A stretch of DNA of 32,000 nucleotides from Ferroglobus placidus DSM 10642 (GTDB taxonomy: Archaea > Halobacteriota > Archaeoglobi > Archaeoglobales > Archaeoglobaceae), in NCBI RefSeq assembly GCF_000025505.1, contig NC_013849.1:1140001-1172000 (forward strand). The letters are read 5' to 3'. Under the pieces are notes generated by a model, which saw only the letters and a program-made list of their open reading frames with translations, made no database searches and was not told where the DNA came from. Each line of letters starts with the position of its first letter. Positions within the stretch are counted from its first letter, which is position 1. The translations under genes were made by a program, and so were the position numbers. Of this stretch, positions 8,595 to 16,997 are shown piece after piece.

Positions 8595-9626
8595 ATGCGA
8601 ACGATATTTTGGGATAACTGCGTGAAGCTGATAGACCAGACCAAGCTGCCGGAGAAGTTCGAAATTCTTGAGTGCAAAAGAGTTGAGGAGCTTGCAGAGG
8701 CTATAAAAAAACTCGCTGTAAGGGGTGCTCCAGCTTTAGAAGCAGCCGGAGCCTACGGAATTGCTTTAGCAGCTCACGAGAGAGACTTCAGTTCTGTGGA
8801 CGAGATGAAAGAGCATTTGAAGAAATCCGCTGAACTTCTCGCTTCCACTCGTCCCACAGCGGTGAACCTTTTCGTGGGAATTGAGAGAGCGTTAAATGCG
8901 GCTTTAAAAGGAGAAAGCGTTGAAGAAATTAGAAAGCTTGCGTTGAAAGAAGCTGAAAAAATAGCGGAAGAAGATGTAGAGAGAAACAAACTCATGGGGA
9001 GGTTTGGAGCGAAGCTTATCGAAGACGGAGACACGATTTTGACGATTTGCAACACAGGAAGGCTCGCTACAGTCGATTGGGGAACAGCTTTGGGAGTTAT
9101 AAGGAGTGCTGTTGAGGAGGGGAAGAGAGTTAAGGTCATAGCCTGCGAAACGAGACCGCTAAATCAGGGATCGAGACTTACTGCCTGGGAACTAATGCAG
9201 GATGGAATAGACGTGACGCTCATAGCCGATAGCATGGCGGGAATAGTCATGCAGAGGGGGATGGTTGACAAGGTTATAGTGGGAGCGGACAGAATTGTTA
9301 GGGATGCGGTGTTCAACAAAATAGGCACTTATACATTGGCTGTTCTCGCCAAAGAGCACGGAATTCCCTTCTTCGTCGCCGCACCACTTACGACCTTCGA
9401 CTGGGAAAGGGAGGCTAAAGATGTCGAAATAGAAGAGAGAAGTAAAGAGGAGCTCATTTACTGCCACATCACCTGCAAAAACAGGCTAATAGCTCCGAAG
9501 GATGTGGAGGTGTTCAATCCAGCTTTCGACGCCACTCCTCTAAAGTACGTTTCGGCTATAATAACCGAAAGGGGAGTCGTATTTCCTCCTTACGAGGAGA
9601 ACGTTCCCAAAATTTTGAAAAAATAA
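8595..9626 (+). CDS. mtnA: S-methyl-5-thioribose-1-phosphate isomerase family (eIF2B-like)
   Basis: 'AVRGAPALEAAGAYGIALAA', 'ICNTGRLATVDWGTALGVIRSA', 'ACETRPLNQGSRLTAWEL', 'VIVGADRIVRDAVFNKIGTYTLAVLAKEHGIPFFVAAP'. Confidence 0.85.
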   Translation: MRTIFWDNCVKLIDQTKLPEKFEILECKRVEELAEAIKKLAVRGAPALEAAGAYGIALAAHERDFSSVDEMKEHLKKSAELLASTRPTAVNLFVGIERALNAALKGESVEEIRKLALKEAEKIAEEDVERNKLMGRFGAKLIEDGDTILTICNTGRLATVDWGTALGVIRSAVEEGKRVKVIACETRPLNQGSRLTAWELMQDGIDVTLIADSMAGIVMQRGMVDKVIVGADRIVRDAVFNKIGTYTLAVLAKEHGIPFFVAAPLTTFDWEREAKDVEIEERSKEELIYCHITCKNRLIAPKDVEVFNPAFDATPLKYVSAIITERGVVFPPYEENVPKILKK

Positions 9627-9630
9627 AAAA

Positions 9631-10038
9631 TTACCTAATTTTTCTTAGAGCCAAAGCTCCGGCTGCGAGAATCAAAAGAATGCCAAAGCCGGGAGACTTC
9701 TTTTCGGTCACTATTTTTTCAGGTGTTGTTGAAGTTGGTGTTGCTGTTGGCGTTGGTGTTGGAGCGAGGGATCTTATGTACTCTATTACGCTTTTAATCT
9801 CCTCATCGCTCAATTCGGGGAAAGCCGGCATCTTACCTTTCCCGTTTTTTATCGCATCGTATACTTCTTCGTAGCTCTTGTCCTTCCAAAACTCTGGGTC
9901 TGAGAAGTCAACTCCCTTGTCTTTCTGCCCGTCTCCTTTTTCTCCGTGGCACATCTGGCATTTTTTCTCGTAGATCGATTTACCATCTTCAGCCGCCACC
10001 GGAAAAGCAAAAAGTAAGAAGATCAACAGCCACCTCAC
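9631..10038 (-). CDS. secreted monoheme class I cytochrome c with PGF-CTERM-like C-terminal anchor
   Basis: Signal peptide; 'CQMCHGEKGDG...GKGKMPAFPELSDEEIKSVIEYIRSL'; Thr/Pro-rich stalk, then 'SPGFGILLILAAGALALRKIR'. Confidence 0.85.
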   Translation of the reverse strand: MRWLLIFLLFAFPVAAEDGKSIYEKKCQMCHGEKGDGQKDKGVDFSDPEFWKDKSYEEVYDAIKNGKGKMPAFPELSDEEIKSVIEYIRSLAPTPTPTATPTSTTPEKIVTEKKSPGFGILLILAAGALALRKIR

Positions 10039-10039
10039 G

Positions 10040-10897
10040 CTACCACCACCCTATCGAAAGGAAGAGGTACAATATAAAGACTACTCCTAAGTGGGGATTG
10101 CTCAGTTTGAAAAGTTTGTAATGAGCTCTGATATCGCTTAGCTTCAAAAGAAGCTTAATGAGCGGATAATTCAGCAATGCTACGATAGCCAAGCTAAAAG
10201 CGTCGTCGCTGAGGGTTGAGAAAACTGCGAAAGTTGTGAGTACGTAGAGAGAAGTGAATACGGCTATAGCGTTAACGACTTTCTTTCTATCCTTTACGAC
10301 AGGCAGCATTGGTACGCCCGCTTTTTTATAGTCATCTCTGTAAAAAGCTGCGAGACTCCAGATGTGTACCGGAGTCCAGAATACTATGAGCATCGCAAGA
10401 AGGAAAGATTGGAGGGAAATCAGCTCGTTGGACATTGCCGAGTAAGCTCCAAGGAGAGGAGCAGCTCCACCGGGAGAGGCTATGAGTATGTTGTAGGGTG
10501 TTAACCTCTTCAATTTGTAGTTGTAGCTGAGAACGAAAGCGGCTCCGACGATTCCCCAGAATAGAACGTAAGTGTTAATCAGAGAGGCTAAGGCAAGTCC
10601 GGCGAAGAGTAGAAGAGTTCCGAAGATTAAAGCGTTCTTTTCTTTTACGGCTTTTTTTGGCAACGGTCTGTGTTTGGTTCTGCTCATCACGGCATCTATA
10701 TCCCTGTCGAGGTATGCTGTTATCGCATTAACTCCTGAACAGCTCAGAAGCACTGAAAGAGTTAGAGCTAATAGAACCCCTGCGCTTCCGTTGTAAACGG
10801 AAAGAGCTTCGACTAAAGCCGTAAGTAAGAGTAATGCCGTTAGCTTGGGCTTCGTAAGCAAAAAATAGTTGAGAAGTTTACTCGATGTAGTGACCAT
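10040..10897 (-). CDS. ctaB: protoheme IX (far)nesyltransferase, heme O synthase
   Basis: UbiA-family motif 'NAITAYLDRDIDAVMSRTKHRPLP'; 'VFWTPVHIWSLAAFYRDDYKKAGVPMLPVV'. Start at MVTTSSKLL preferred; the track ORF extends to 10915. Confidence 0.9.
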   Translation of the reverse strand: MVTTSSKLLNYFLLTKPKLTALLLLTALVEALSVYNGSAGVLLALTLSVLLSCSGVNAITAYLDRDIDAVMSRTKHRPLPKKAVKEKNALIFGTLLLFAGLALASLINTYVLFWGIVGAAFVLSYNYKLKRLTPYNILIASPGGAAPLLGAYSAMSNELISLQSFLLAMLIVFWTPVHIWSLAAFYRDDYKKAGVPMLPVVKDRKKVVNAIAVFTSLYVLTTFAVFSTLSDDAFSLAIVALLNYPLIKLLLKLSDIRAHYKLFKLSNPHLGVVFILYLFLSIGWW

Positions 10898-12512
10898 ACT
10901 CGATCCCCCTTGCAAGTTTGCTCGCCATGATCACCGCCAGAACTCCGAGTCCTACGTAAGCTATTGCTGAGAGAGCGAATGGAATCCAGAGGTTGCCGAA
11001 TTCGAGGACTGCCGAGGAGGAAAAGCTCCATAGTCCGGTGGTGCCTATTAAGGCGAAGAACACTGCAAGGACTACGAGGAACGGAAAGTGATCGAAGGTT
11101 GTTAGGAAGCTCTTCTTCACAGCTGCCGGCTTGTACTCCTCTCCTTCAACCGGCATTAGGAGGTGGCGGAACATTGAGGCTGCCAGATGCAAGTAGCCGA
11201 GGAAAACCATAGCACCTCCGAAAACTATTCCGGGAACGAAGGGGAATCTTGCCTCAAGAACTTTTTGCCAAGGTTCTGCAAGGATCCAGTAGTGGTAGAT
11301 TTGCACGGTTCCGGCTAATCCGAAAGTCGATGCAAGGATAACTTGTCCGATGAACATCAACCAGAAAGCTCTCTTGCTCCATAAGACGAGAGTTCTATCT
11401 ATCGGTTTTCCAGTTAAGTCGGGCAAAGCAAGATACAGCAGAGCAATGCCTCCCATGGCGAAAGCCATCATACACTCATGCCCGTGGCTCGGTGTAACCC
11501 AGGTTCCGTGCTCCCACCAGTTCGTCCAGGGCCAAGTCTGTATTAAGCCGAGGAGGGAAACTCCGATGAATCCGAAGATGAGTATTCCGACCATGAAGTA
11601 AAGGCTCGGTATGTTGGGGAAAGGTTGCTTTAGTTCCTTGGCTATTCTGAGGGACTCCAAAGCCATCAGAGCGAGGGGAACTATTTCGAGAACGCTTATA
11701 ACTCCCCCGAGCAGAATCCAGAAAGTCGGTGTACCTATCCAGAAGTAGTGGTGCCCTTGCCCAATTACTCCAGATGTGGCTGCCAAAATGACATCGTAGA
11801 AGATGTACTTGTCAACGACTTTCTTAACCCTCGGATCCGGAATCAGGAGCATTAAAACGAGTCCTATAGCTCCCGCATAGGCTACCTCCAAGCTTCCCTC
11901 AACCCAGTAGTGAACAGTCCACCACCTGAAGTACTCGCTGACGACGACGCTCTTGAAGAACAAGTTCCCCGGGATGTAGAGGATGAACGTTCCTGCAGCA
12001 CCTATCACGAGCGCCCACAAAGCTAACGGCCACTCTTTTGGACTTGGTAGAGTTTTTAGGACGACGACAGCCACTATGATGAATCCTATAAATATGAAGA
12101 TGTCCCAAAGTCTTCCAGCCTCGACGTACTCCTTCCCTTCAACGAGCATTGGCTGATTTGCTATCCATATGTTTGTTCCGCTCTGCATCAACGGGAGGGT
12201 TGCAAAAATTCCTATAACGACGAGAACGAGAACTACTGCAAGCAGCTTAACTAAGCTTTGTCCCCACAGCTCTCTCTTAGCAAGTATCGGCGTGAGATAG
12301 AAAACTGCTGCAAACGTAGCTGAGAACAGCCAGAGTATCAGTGCGTTTATGTGATACGCTCTTATAAGGTTGAAGTTCGCTATTCCCGATAGCAGGTCTG
12401 GATTGAGGTAGTACAAAGCAAGTAAACCCCCGGCTACGAGCTGAACGAAGAATAAAACTAGAGCTACAACGGCAAAAGGCAAAGCAAGCATCTGAGATCT
12501 ATACTCAGGCAT
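10878..12512 (-). CDS. norB: nitric oxide reductase large subunit (NorB-like, heme-copper oxidase superfamily)
   Basis: 'RAYHINALILWLF'; 'VHYWVEGSLE' (His plus two FeB-site Glu as in NorB); 'GQGHHYFWIGTPTFW'; 'SVLEIVPL'; 'SHGHE'. No oxidase-type His-Tyr crosslink (HPEVY) motif. Confidence 0.8.
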   Translation of the reverse strand: MPEYRSQMLALPFAVVALVLFFVQLVAGGLLALYYLNPDLLSGIANFNLIRAYHINALILWLFSATFAAVFYLTPILAKRELWGQSLVKLLAVVLVLVVIGIFATLPLMQSGTNIWIANQPMLVEGKEYVEAGRLWDIFIFIGFIIVAVVVLKTLPSPKEWPLALWALVIGAAGTFILYIPGNLFFKSVVVSEYFRWWTVHYWVEGSLEVAYAGAIGLVLMLLIPDPRVKKVVDKYIFYDVILAATSGVIGQGHHYFWIGTPTFWILLGGVISVLEIVPLALMALESLRIAKELKQPFPNIPSLYFMVGILIFGFIGVSLLGLIQTWPWTNWWEHGTWVTPSHGHECMMAFAMGGIALLYLALPDLTGKPIDRTLVLWSKRAFWLMFIGQVILASTFGLAGTVQIYHYWILAEPWQKVLEARFPFVPGIVFGGAMVFLGYLHLAASMFRHLLMPVEGEEYKPAAVKKSFLTTFDHFPFLVVLAVFFALIGTTGLWSFSSSAVLEFGNLWIPFALSAIAYVGLGVLAVIMASKLARGIEYGHYIE

Positions 12513-12517
12513 TCAGC

Positions 12518-13171
12518 TCACCCCCTCTCATACCAGTAAAACAAACCGAAGACGAGGAAGACCGTGAAGAAGACCGTCAGAATCCAGTATACTACCCATG
12601 CGTCGAAGCTCTCGTACCACCTAACAGCATTCTTATCAAAGCTCGTCGCAAAACTGTAATCGTTTTCTTTCATCGGAGGCCAGTTGTTGGTGTTGAGGTC
12701 TTTGAGGTAGAGCATCCAAGCCGTTAGAGCGTCTATTTCCTCTTCGCTTAGATAGAAAGGCATGTACTTCGTTCCAGCGTACGTTTCAAGCAGCTTCTTT
12801 ATCATGTCTCCATCCCCAGCTTTTCTGGCTATGTAAACTAATTCGGGAGCGTAGTACGCTCCGTTTCCTACTATCGTATGGCAGTCCATGCAGTTGTAGT
12901 TCATAGCCACTTTCCATCCATCCAAAGCGGTTTTCCCGTTGTAGGTCACAGCCTCTGGATCGGGGTTTCTCTTCGGATCGATAGACAGGGGCGTCAAAAT
13001 TAAGATCAGTACTATCGAAAAAGCCAAAGCAAATTTTCCAAGTCTTTCGAATGGAATCTCTTCAGCCTCTGCTCTCTTCGCCTTCCTTGCGTAGTAGACG
13101 TAGAGAGCCAAGGCAATCCCTATGCCCACTATAAAAGAGCTGAAAAAGAACGCCTCGTAGATGTACTTCAT
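12518..13171 (-). CDS. norC: NorC-like cytochrome c subunit with extra TM helices
   Basis: 'YNCMDCHTIVGNGAYYAPELVYIA...YMPFYLSEEEIDALTAWMLYLKDLNTNNWPPMKEN' closely resembles the NorC heme domain; hydrophobic helices on both sides. Confidence 0.8.
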   Translation of the reverse strand: MKYIYEAFFFSSFIVGIGIALALYVYYARKAKRAEAEEIPFERLGKFALAFSIVLILILTPLSIDPKRNPDPEAVTYNGKTALDGWKVAMNYNCMDCHTIVGNGAYYAPELVYIARKAGDGDMIKKLLETYAGTKYMPFYLSEEEIDALTAWMLYLKDLNTNNWPPMKENDYSFATSFDKNAVRWYESFDAWVVYWILTVFFTVFLVFGLFYWYERG

Positions 13172-13208
13172 GCTTTTCAGTAATAAAATAAAGAAAATTT
13201 CACGATTT

Positions 13209-13226
13209 TCCCTAACTTTTTAGGGA
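13209..13226. promoter_or_regulatory. palindromic operator candidate TCCCTAA-CTTT-TTAGGGA in the norC/SPFH divergent intergenic region
   Basis: Perfect 7-4-7 inverted repeat; upstream of a TTTATTTTATTA TATA-like element on the norC side. Confidence 0.5.
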
Positions 13227-13333
13227 TTCGATGAGCTTTAAACTTATATATTTTAATCAATAACTTTTGAATTATTATCGCTCCTTCCAGTCAATCCAAA
13301 AAATTTTTACGTTGAATTCAAATTTTTAATTTC

Positions 13334-14206
13334 ATGTACGTGCCCTACCCTCAAACAAAAAAGAGCGGGAAGGGAAAAATCGCCGCCCTCGCTGCGCTTT
13401 TCGGATTCTTCATCCTTTTGGTTCTCTCCTCTTCCGTTGTAGTTATAGATCAAACGGAAGTGGGAGTCGTGAAAATCTTTGGAAGGGTTCAGGAAAAACC
13501 TCTACACCCCGGACTGCACTTCGTCACTCCCTTCGTGACGGAAGTCGTGAGAATGCCTGTTTACGAGAAAACCATGGAGATGATAGGAGAAAAGCACATA
13601 AAAGCTTTGACTTCCGAAGGTCTGCCAGTGTTTTTCGACATGGCTATTCAATACAAAGTGGTGCCAGAAAAAGCTCCGGAAGTTTACTCAACGCTGAAAA
13701 ACTACGAAATCTGGATGGAAAGCAGAATAAGAGCGCATATAAGGGATATAATAGCCCAATACAAGGCGGAAGATCTTTACACGGAGAACAGAGAGCTCAT
13801 CCAAGCGGACATCGAGAGGAGACTCGACGAAGAGTTCAGACCCTACGGAATTTTGATAACGGCTGTTTTGATCAGAAACATCGATTTGCCCGAAAGCGTT
13901 GAAAGGGCTATTCAAGCTAAAATCGAGGCTAAGCAAGAGGCGGAAAGAATGCAGTTCATCGTTCAGAAAGAGAGGCTCGAGGCAGAGAGAAAAAAGGTCG
14001 AAGCTCAAGGAATCGCTGAGGCTAACAGGATAATAGGAGAGTCGTTGAGAAACAATCCGGAGTACATCCAGTGGTATTACTTGCAAGTTCTCGACGACTT
14101 TGCAAAATCCGGAAACTCAGTCATCTTAGTTCCAGTACCGGGGAACTTTTATCCTGGCGTAAATGTGACATCTACGCCTCCGTTGATTCTTCCGACAACA
14201 AAATAA
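13334..14206 (+). CDS. SPFH/prohibitin-like membrane protein (band 7)
   Basis: N-terminal TM, 'VVVIDQTEVGVVKIFGRVQEKPLHPGLHFVTPFV', 'AKIEAKQEAERMQFIVQKERLEAERKKVEAQGIAEANRII'. Confidence 0.85.
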   Translation: MYVPYPQTKKSGKGKIAALAALFGFFILLVLSSSVVVIDQTEVGVVKIFGRVQEKPLHPGLHFVTPFVTEVVRMPVYEKTMEMIGEKHIKALTSEGLPVFFDMAIQYKVVPEKAPEVYSTLKNYEIWMESRIRAHIRDIIAQYKAEDLYTENRELIQADIERRLDEEFRPYGILITAVLIRNIDLPESVERAIQAKIEAKQEAERMQFIVQKERLEAERKKVEAQGIAEANRIIGESLRNNPEYIQWYYLQVLDDFAKSGNSVILVPVPGNFYPGVNVTSTPPLILPTTK

Positions 14207-14227
14207 ACCCTGAACTTACCTATTTTT

Positions 14228-14968
14228 ATGCTCCTCTACGCTCTTGCAGCTGGAATCTTCACGTGGTTATTAACTACTGCCGGAGCTTCGGCAGTGCTGC
14301 TAACGAAAGAGGTCAATAGAAAGGTTCTCGACGCGTCTCTCGGATTTGCAGCTGGGATTATGGTAGCAGCAAGTTTCTTTTCACTTCTGCTTCCTTCAAT
14401 AGAAATTTCCGAGAGCTGGTTTCCGGCTGTCATAGGCTTTCTCCTCGGCGGTCTGTTTTTAAAGCTCTTGGATTCGACGATTCCTCATTTGCACGTTGGG
14501 TTCGATGTTGAAGCTTCTGAAGGTGCGAAAATTCCGCTAAAGAAGACCACGCTTCTTTTCTTGGCAGTGACGATCCACAACGTTCCGGAAGGTTTGTCCA
14601 TTGGCGTCTCCTTCGGAGAGAGCGTTGTTGCCGCTTTAACTTTAGCACTCGGAATAGGAATTCAGAACGTCCCGGAGGGTATGGCAATTTCTTTGCCTTT
14701 AAGGGGAGAGGGGTTTTCGAGAGGAAAGAGCTTTATTTACGGCTCCCTTTCCGGGCTCGTAGAGCCTGCTTTTTCGGTTTTGGGATTCCTTGCTATATCT
14801 ATTTTCAGCCAGATTTTGCCCTACGCTTTGGCATTTGCAGCCGGAGCGATGATATACGTTGTCTTCGAGGAGTTAATTCCGGAATCCCACCTCCACGGAA
14901 ACGAAGACCTTGCAACCCTTTCAGCGATGCTCGGATTTGCGGTAATGATGTTTCTCGATTTGTATTAA
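14228..14968 (+). CDS. ZIP family metal transporter
   Basis: 'AVTIHNVPEGLSIGVSF', 'IGIQNVPEGMAISLPLRGEG', 'FAAGAMIYVVFEELIPESH'. Confidence 0.9.
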   Translation: MLLYALAAGIFTWLLTTAGASAVLLTKEVNRKVLDASLGFAAGIMVAASFFSLLLPSIEISESWFPAVIGFLLGGLFLKLLDSTIPHLHVGFDVEASEGAKIPLKKTTLLFLAVTIHNVPEGLSIGVSFGESVVAALTLALGIGIQNVPEGMAISLPLRGEGFSRGKSFIYGSLSGLVEPAFSVLGFLAISIFSQILPYALAFAAGAMIYVVFEELIPESHLHGNEDLATLSAMLGFAVMMFLDLY

Positions 14969-14971
14969 GGT

Positions 14972-15363
14972 GAAAGAAAGGGTTCTCGTTTTAGAATCGT
15001 TTTTTGGTACTTATCTTGATTTTATTCTTCTTCGTTATAAGTTTTGAAGCACGATATTTCCGGGTTCAATTGAATTCGTCAATTCGATTCTTGAGTACCT
15101 CGCGAGGGTTATCAGCGTTCTCTTTCTGATTTCTGTTGTTTTTGTAGCGAAGAGCTTCATGACGCTCATAAGCTTATTTATAATCCCCGTATTGCTAATC
15201 GACATGACTCCTTTCGCAGGAAAGTTAATTTGGCTCTTTCGTGGGGATTGAGTGTAGGCATGGGGATTTCTATAGGCGTTTTCTCCTTTTTAGAAGAGAC
15301 TGATCCGATAAACTTTCAAACTTTGTCGAAATATTTTTATACTATATCAAGTTTACTTGACAA
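14972..15363 (+). pseudogene. possible frameshifted remnant of a small membrane protein gene
   Basis: Segments in different frames look coding: 'KERVLVLESFFGTYLDFILLRYKF', 'EFVNSILEYLARVISVLFLISVVFVAKSFMTLISLFIIPVLLIDMTPFAGKLIWLF', 'LSWGLSVGMGISIGVFSFLEETDPINFQTLSKYFYTISSLLDKR'; each is interrupted. Confidence 0.35.
15347..15360. promoter_or_regulatory. palindromic operator candidate TCAAG-TTTA-CTTGA upstream of cbiM
   Basis: Perfect 5-4-5 inverted repeat just after an AT-rich TATA-like TTTTTATACTATA, 14 nt before the cbiM ATG. Confidence 0.4.
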
Positions 15364-15374
15364 AAGGTGAGAAA

Positions 15375-16031
15375 ATGCATATTGCAGAGGGATTTCTTCC
15401 TCTTGAATGGGCTTTAGCGTGGTACGCTATTGCGATGCCGATAATTGTTTACGGAGCGTACAAGGTGAAGAAGCTGCTTGAGGAAAAGCCAGAGATGAAG
15501 TCTTTAATAGCTGTGGCTGGAGGTTTCATCTTCGTTCTCTCAGCTTTAAAAATTCCCTCCGTAACTGGAAGCTGCTCCCATCCCACGGGAACGGGAATAG
15601 CAGTCGTTCTCTTCGGTCCAGCAATAACGGCATTCCTTTCGACGATCGTCCTCCTCTACCAAGCCTTACTCTTAGCCCACGGAGGAATAACAACTTTAGG
15701 AGCGAACGTAACTTCGATGGGGATAGTAGGACCTTTTTTCGGATGGCTCGCATACAAAGCCGTCAAGGGCAAAGTCGATCTAAAAATCGCAACTTTTATA
15801 GCTGCTGCTGTTGCGGACTGGGCAACCTATGTCGTCACATCCTTCCAGCTCGCTTTGGCTTTTCCAGCCGGAGCTGGAGTTGAAGGAGTTCTCTCTTCAG
15901 CGACGAAGTTCATGGCGATATTTGCCGTAACGCAAGTTCCTCTGGCGATAATAGAAGGAACTGTGGCTGCCTTGCTTATAGGCTATTTAGCCTCCGTTAA
16001 ACTACTGGTTAAGGAGGAGGTGACGGCATGA
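15375..16031 (+). CDS. cbiM: energy-coupling factor cobalt/nickel transporter component CbiM
   Basis: 'MHIAEGFLPLEWALAWY', 'LLAHGGITTLGANVTSMGIVGP'; ATG at 15375 after AGGTGAG; track ORF starts at 15357. Confidence 0.92.
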   Translation: MHIAEGFLPLEWALAWYAIAMPIIVYGAYKVKKLLEEKPEMKSLIAVAGGFIFVLSALKIPSVTGSCSHPTGTGIAVVLFGPAITAFLSTIVLLYQALLLAHGGITTLGANVTSMGIVGPFFGWLAYKAVKGKVDLKIATFIAAAVADWATYVVTSFQLALAFPAGAGVEGVLSSATKFMAIFAVTQVPLAIIEGTVAALLIGYLASVKLLVKEEVTA

Positions 16032-16288
16032 GGTTTTTCTTGCTTTTAACAATTCTTTTACTGCTTTTGGCTAAGGTGACTGCTGAAGAGTGGGCTGGCG
16101 CTGATGAGCAGGCTGAAGAGTTGATTAAAGAAATTCACCCAAATTACGAACCTTGGTTTTCTCCGATCTGGGAGCCACCGAGCGGAGAAATCGAGTCTTT
16201 CCTTTTTAGTCTTCAGGCAGCGATAGGAGCTTCCATAATCGGATACATACTCGGTTACTACAGGGGTAAAAATGCACAGAACACTTGA
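16028..16288 (+). CDS. cbiN: cobalt transport protein CbiN
   Basis: 'WAGADEQAEELIKEIHPNYEPWFSPIWEPPSGEIESFLFSLQAAIGASIIGYILGYYRG'. Confidence 0.9.
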   Translation: MRFFLLLTILLLLLAKVTAEEWAGADEQAEELIKEIHPNYEPWFSPIWEPPSGEIESFLFSLQAAIGASIIGYILGYYRGKNAQNT

Positions 16289-16997
16289 AGAAATTCAGAT
16301 GAATTCAAAAAAGATTTTTAAAGGCGATTTGAAAGTTTACTTCCCCCTCTTCACACTTTTGCTCGTCTTATTTCTAAACGATAGGTTGGTTTACGTAACA
16401 GCCTTCGCAATATTTTCTGCTTTAAGCATTTACTCGGCTGGAAAAGAATACCTCAGACTTTTGAGAATCCCCCTTTACTTTGTAATTCCGAGCGCTCTCA
16501 TAATTGCTTTCTTCATTCCGGGGAAAAGTGTTGGTTTCCCTTTGCCGGTGAATCCGAGTGAAGAGGGTTTGAAGCTGGCATCGGAAGTTCTCGTTAGATC
16601 TTTCTCGGCAATTTCCATCTTCTTCTTTCTTATTTTAACAACTATGATCACCGAGATTTTTTCAGCTTTTAAAAAGCTCAAGCTTCCAGACTTCGTCGTC
16701 GAAATTTCCCTGCTTATTTACAGGAACGTTCAGGTGCTTTACGACGAGCTTGAAAGGCTTGAGAGAGCAGCGAATTCGAGACTCGGTTTTAACGGCTTCA
16801 AAAATTTCGTCAGGACCTCTTCACTCCTCGCATACTCTCTTTTTATCAAATCCCTTGAGAGAGCTGAGAAAGTCGAGATGGCGATGGAATCGAGATGCTA
16901 CTCCGGAAAAATGCCGACCTACAGCGAGAATAGCTCCGGTTTTCTCTTAGCTTTTTTGATCACGGCATCTCTGCTTCTAATCCACTTAACGGGGTGA
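16272..16997 (+). CDS. cbiQ: ECF transporter transmembrane component CbiQ
   Basis: Hydrophobic protein between cbiN and cbiO; 'SAISIFFFLILTTMITEIFSAFKKLKLPDFVVEISLLIYRNVQVL', 'AMESRCYSG'. Confidence 0.88.
   Translation: MHRTLEEIQMNSKKIFKGDLKVYFPLFTLLLVLFLNDRLVYVTAFAIFSALSIYSAGKEYLRLLRIPLYFVIPSALIIAFFIPGKSVGFPLPVNPSEEGLKLASEVLVRSFSAISIFFFLILTTMITEIFSAFKKLKLPDFVVEISLLIYRNVQVLYDELERLERAANSRLGFNGFKNFVRTSSLLAYSLFIKSLERAEKVEMAMESRCYSGKMPTYSENSSGFLLAFLITASLLLIHLTG

Noticed and set aside
9192-9467. Minus-strand ORF of 91 aa inside mtnA
   Set aside because: Antisense to a conserved family gene; composition typical of a shadow ORF.
10131-10140. Third copy of ATATCGCTTA inside ctaB as a regulatory site
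   Set aside because: It encodes ordinary residues in a conserved gene and sits far from any promoter; probably chance.
10964-11212. Plus-strand ORF opposite norB
   Set aside because: Arg/Pro/Leu-rich shadow of a conserved membrane protein gene.
13688-14086. 132-aa minus-strand ORF inside the SPFH gene
   Set aside because: Antisense to a conserved coiled-coil coding region; no recognisable motif.
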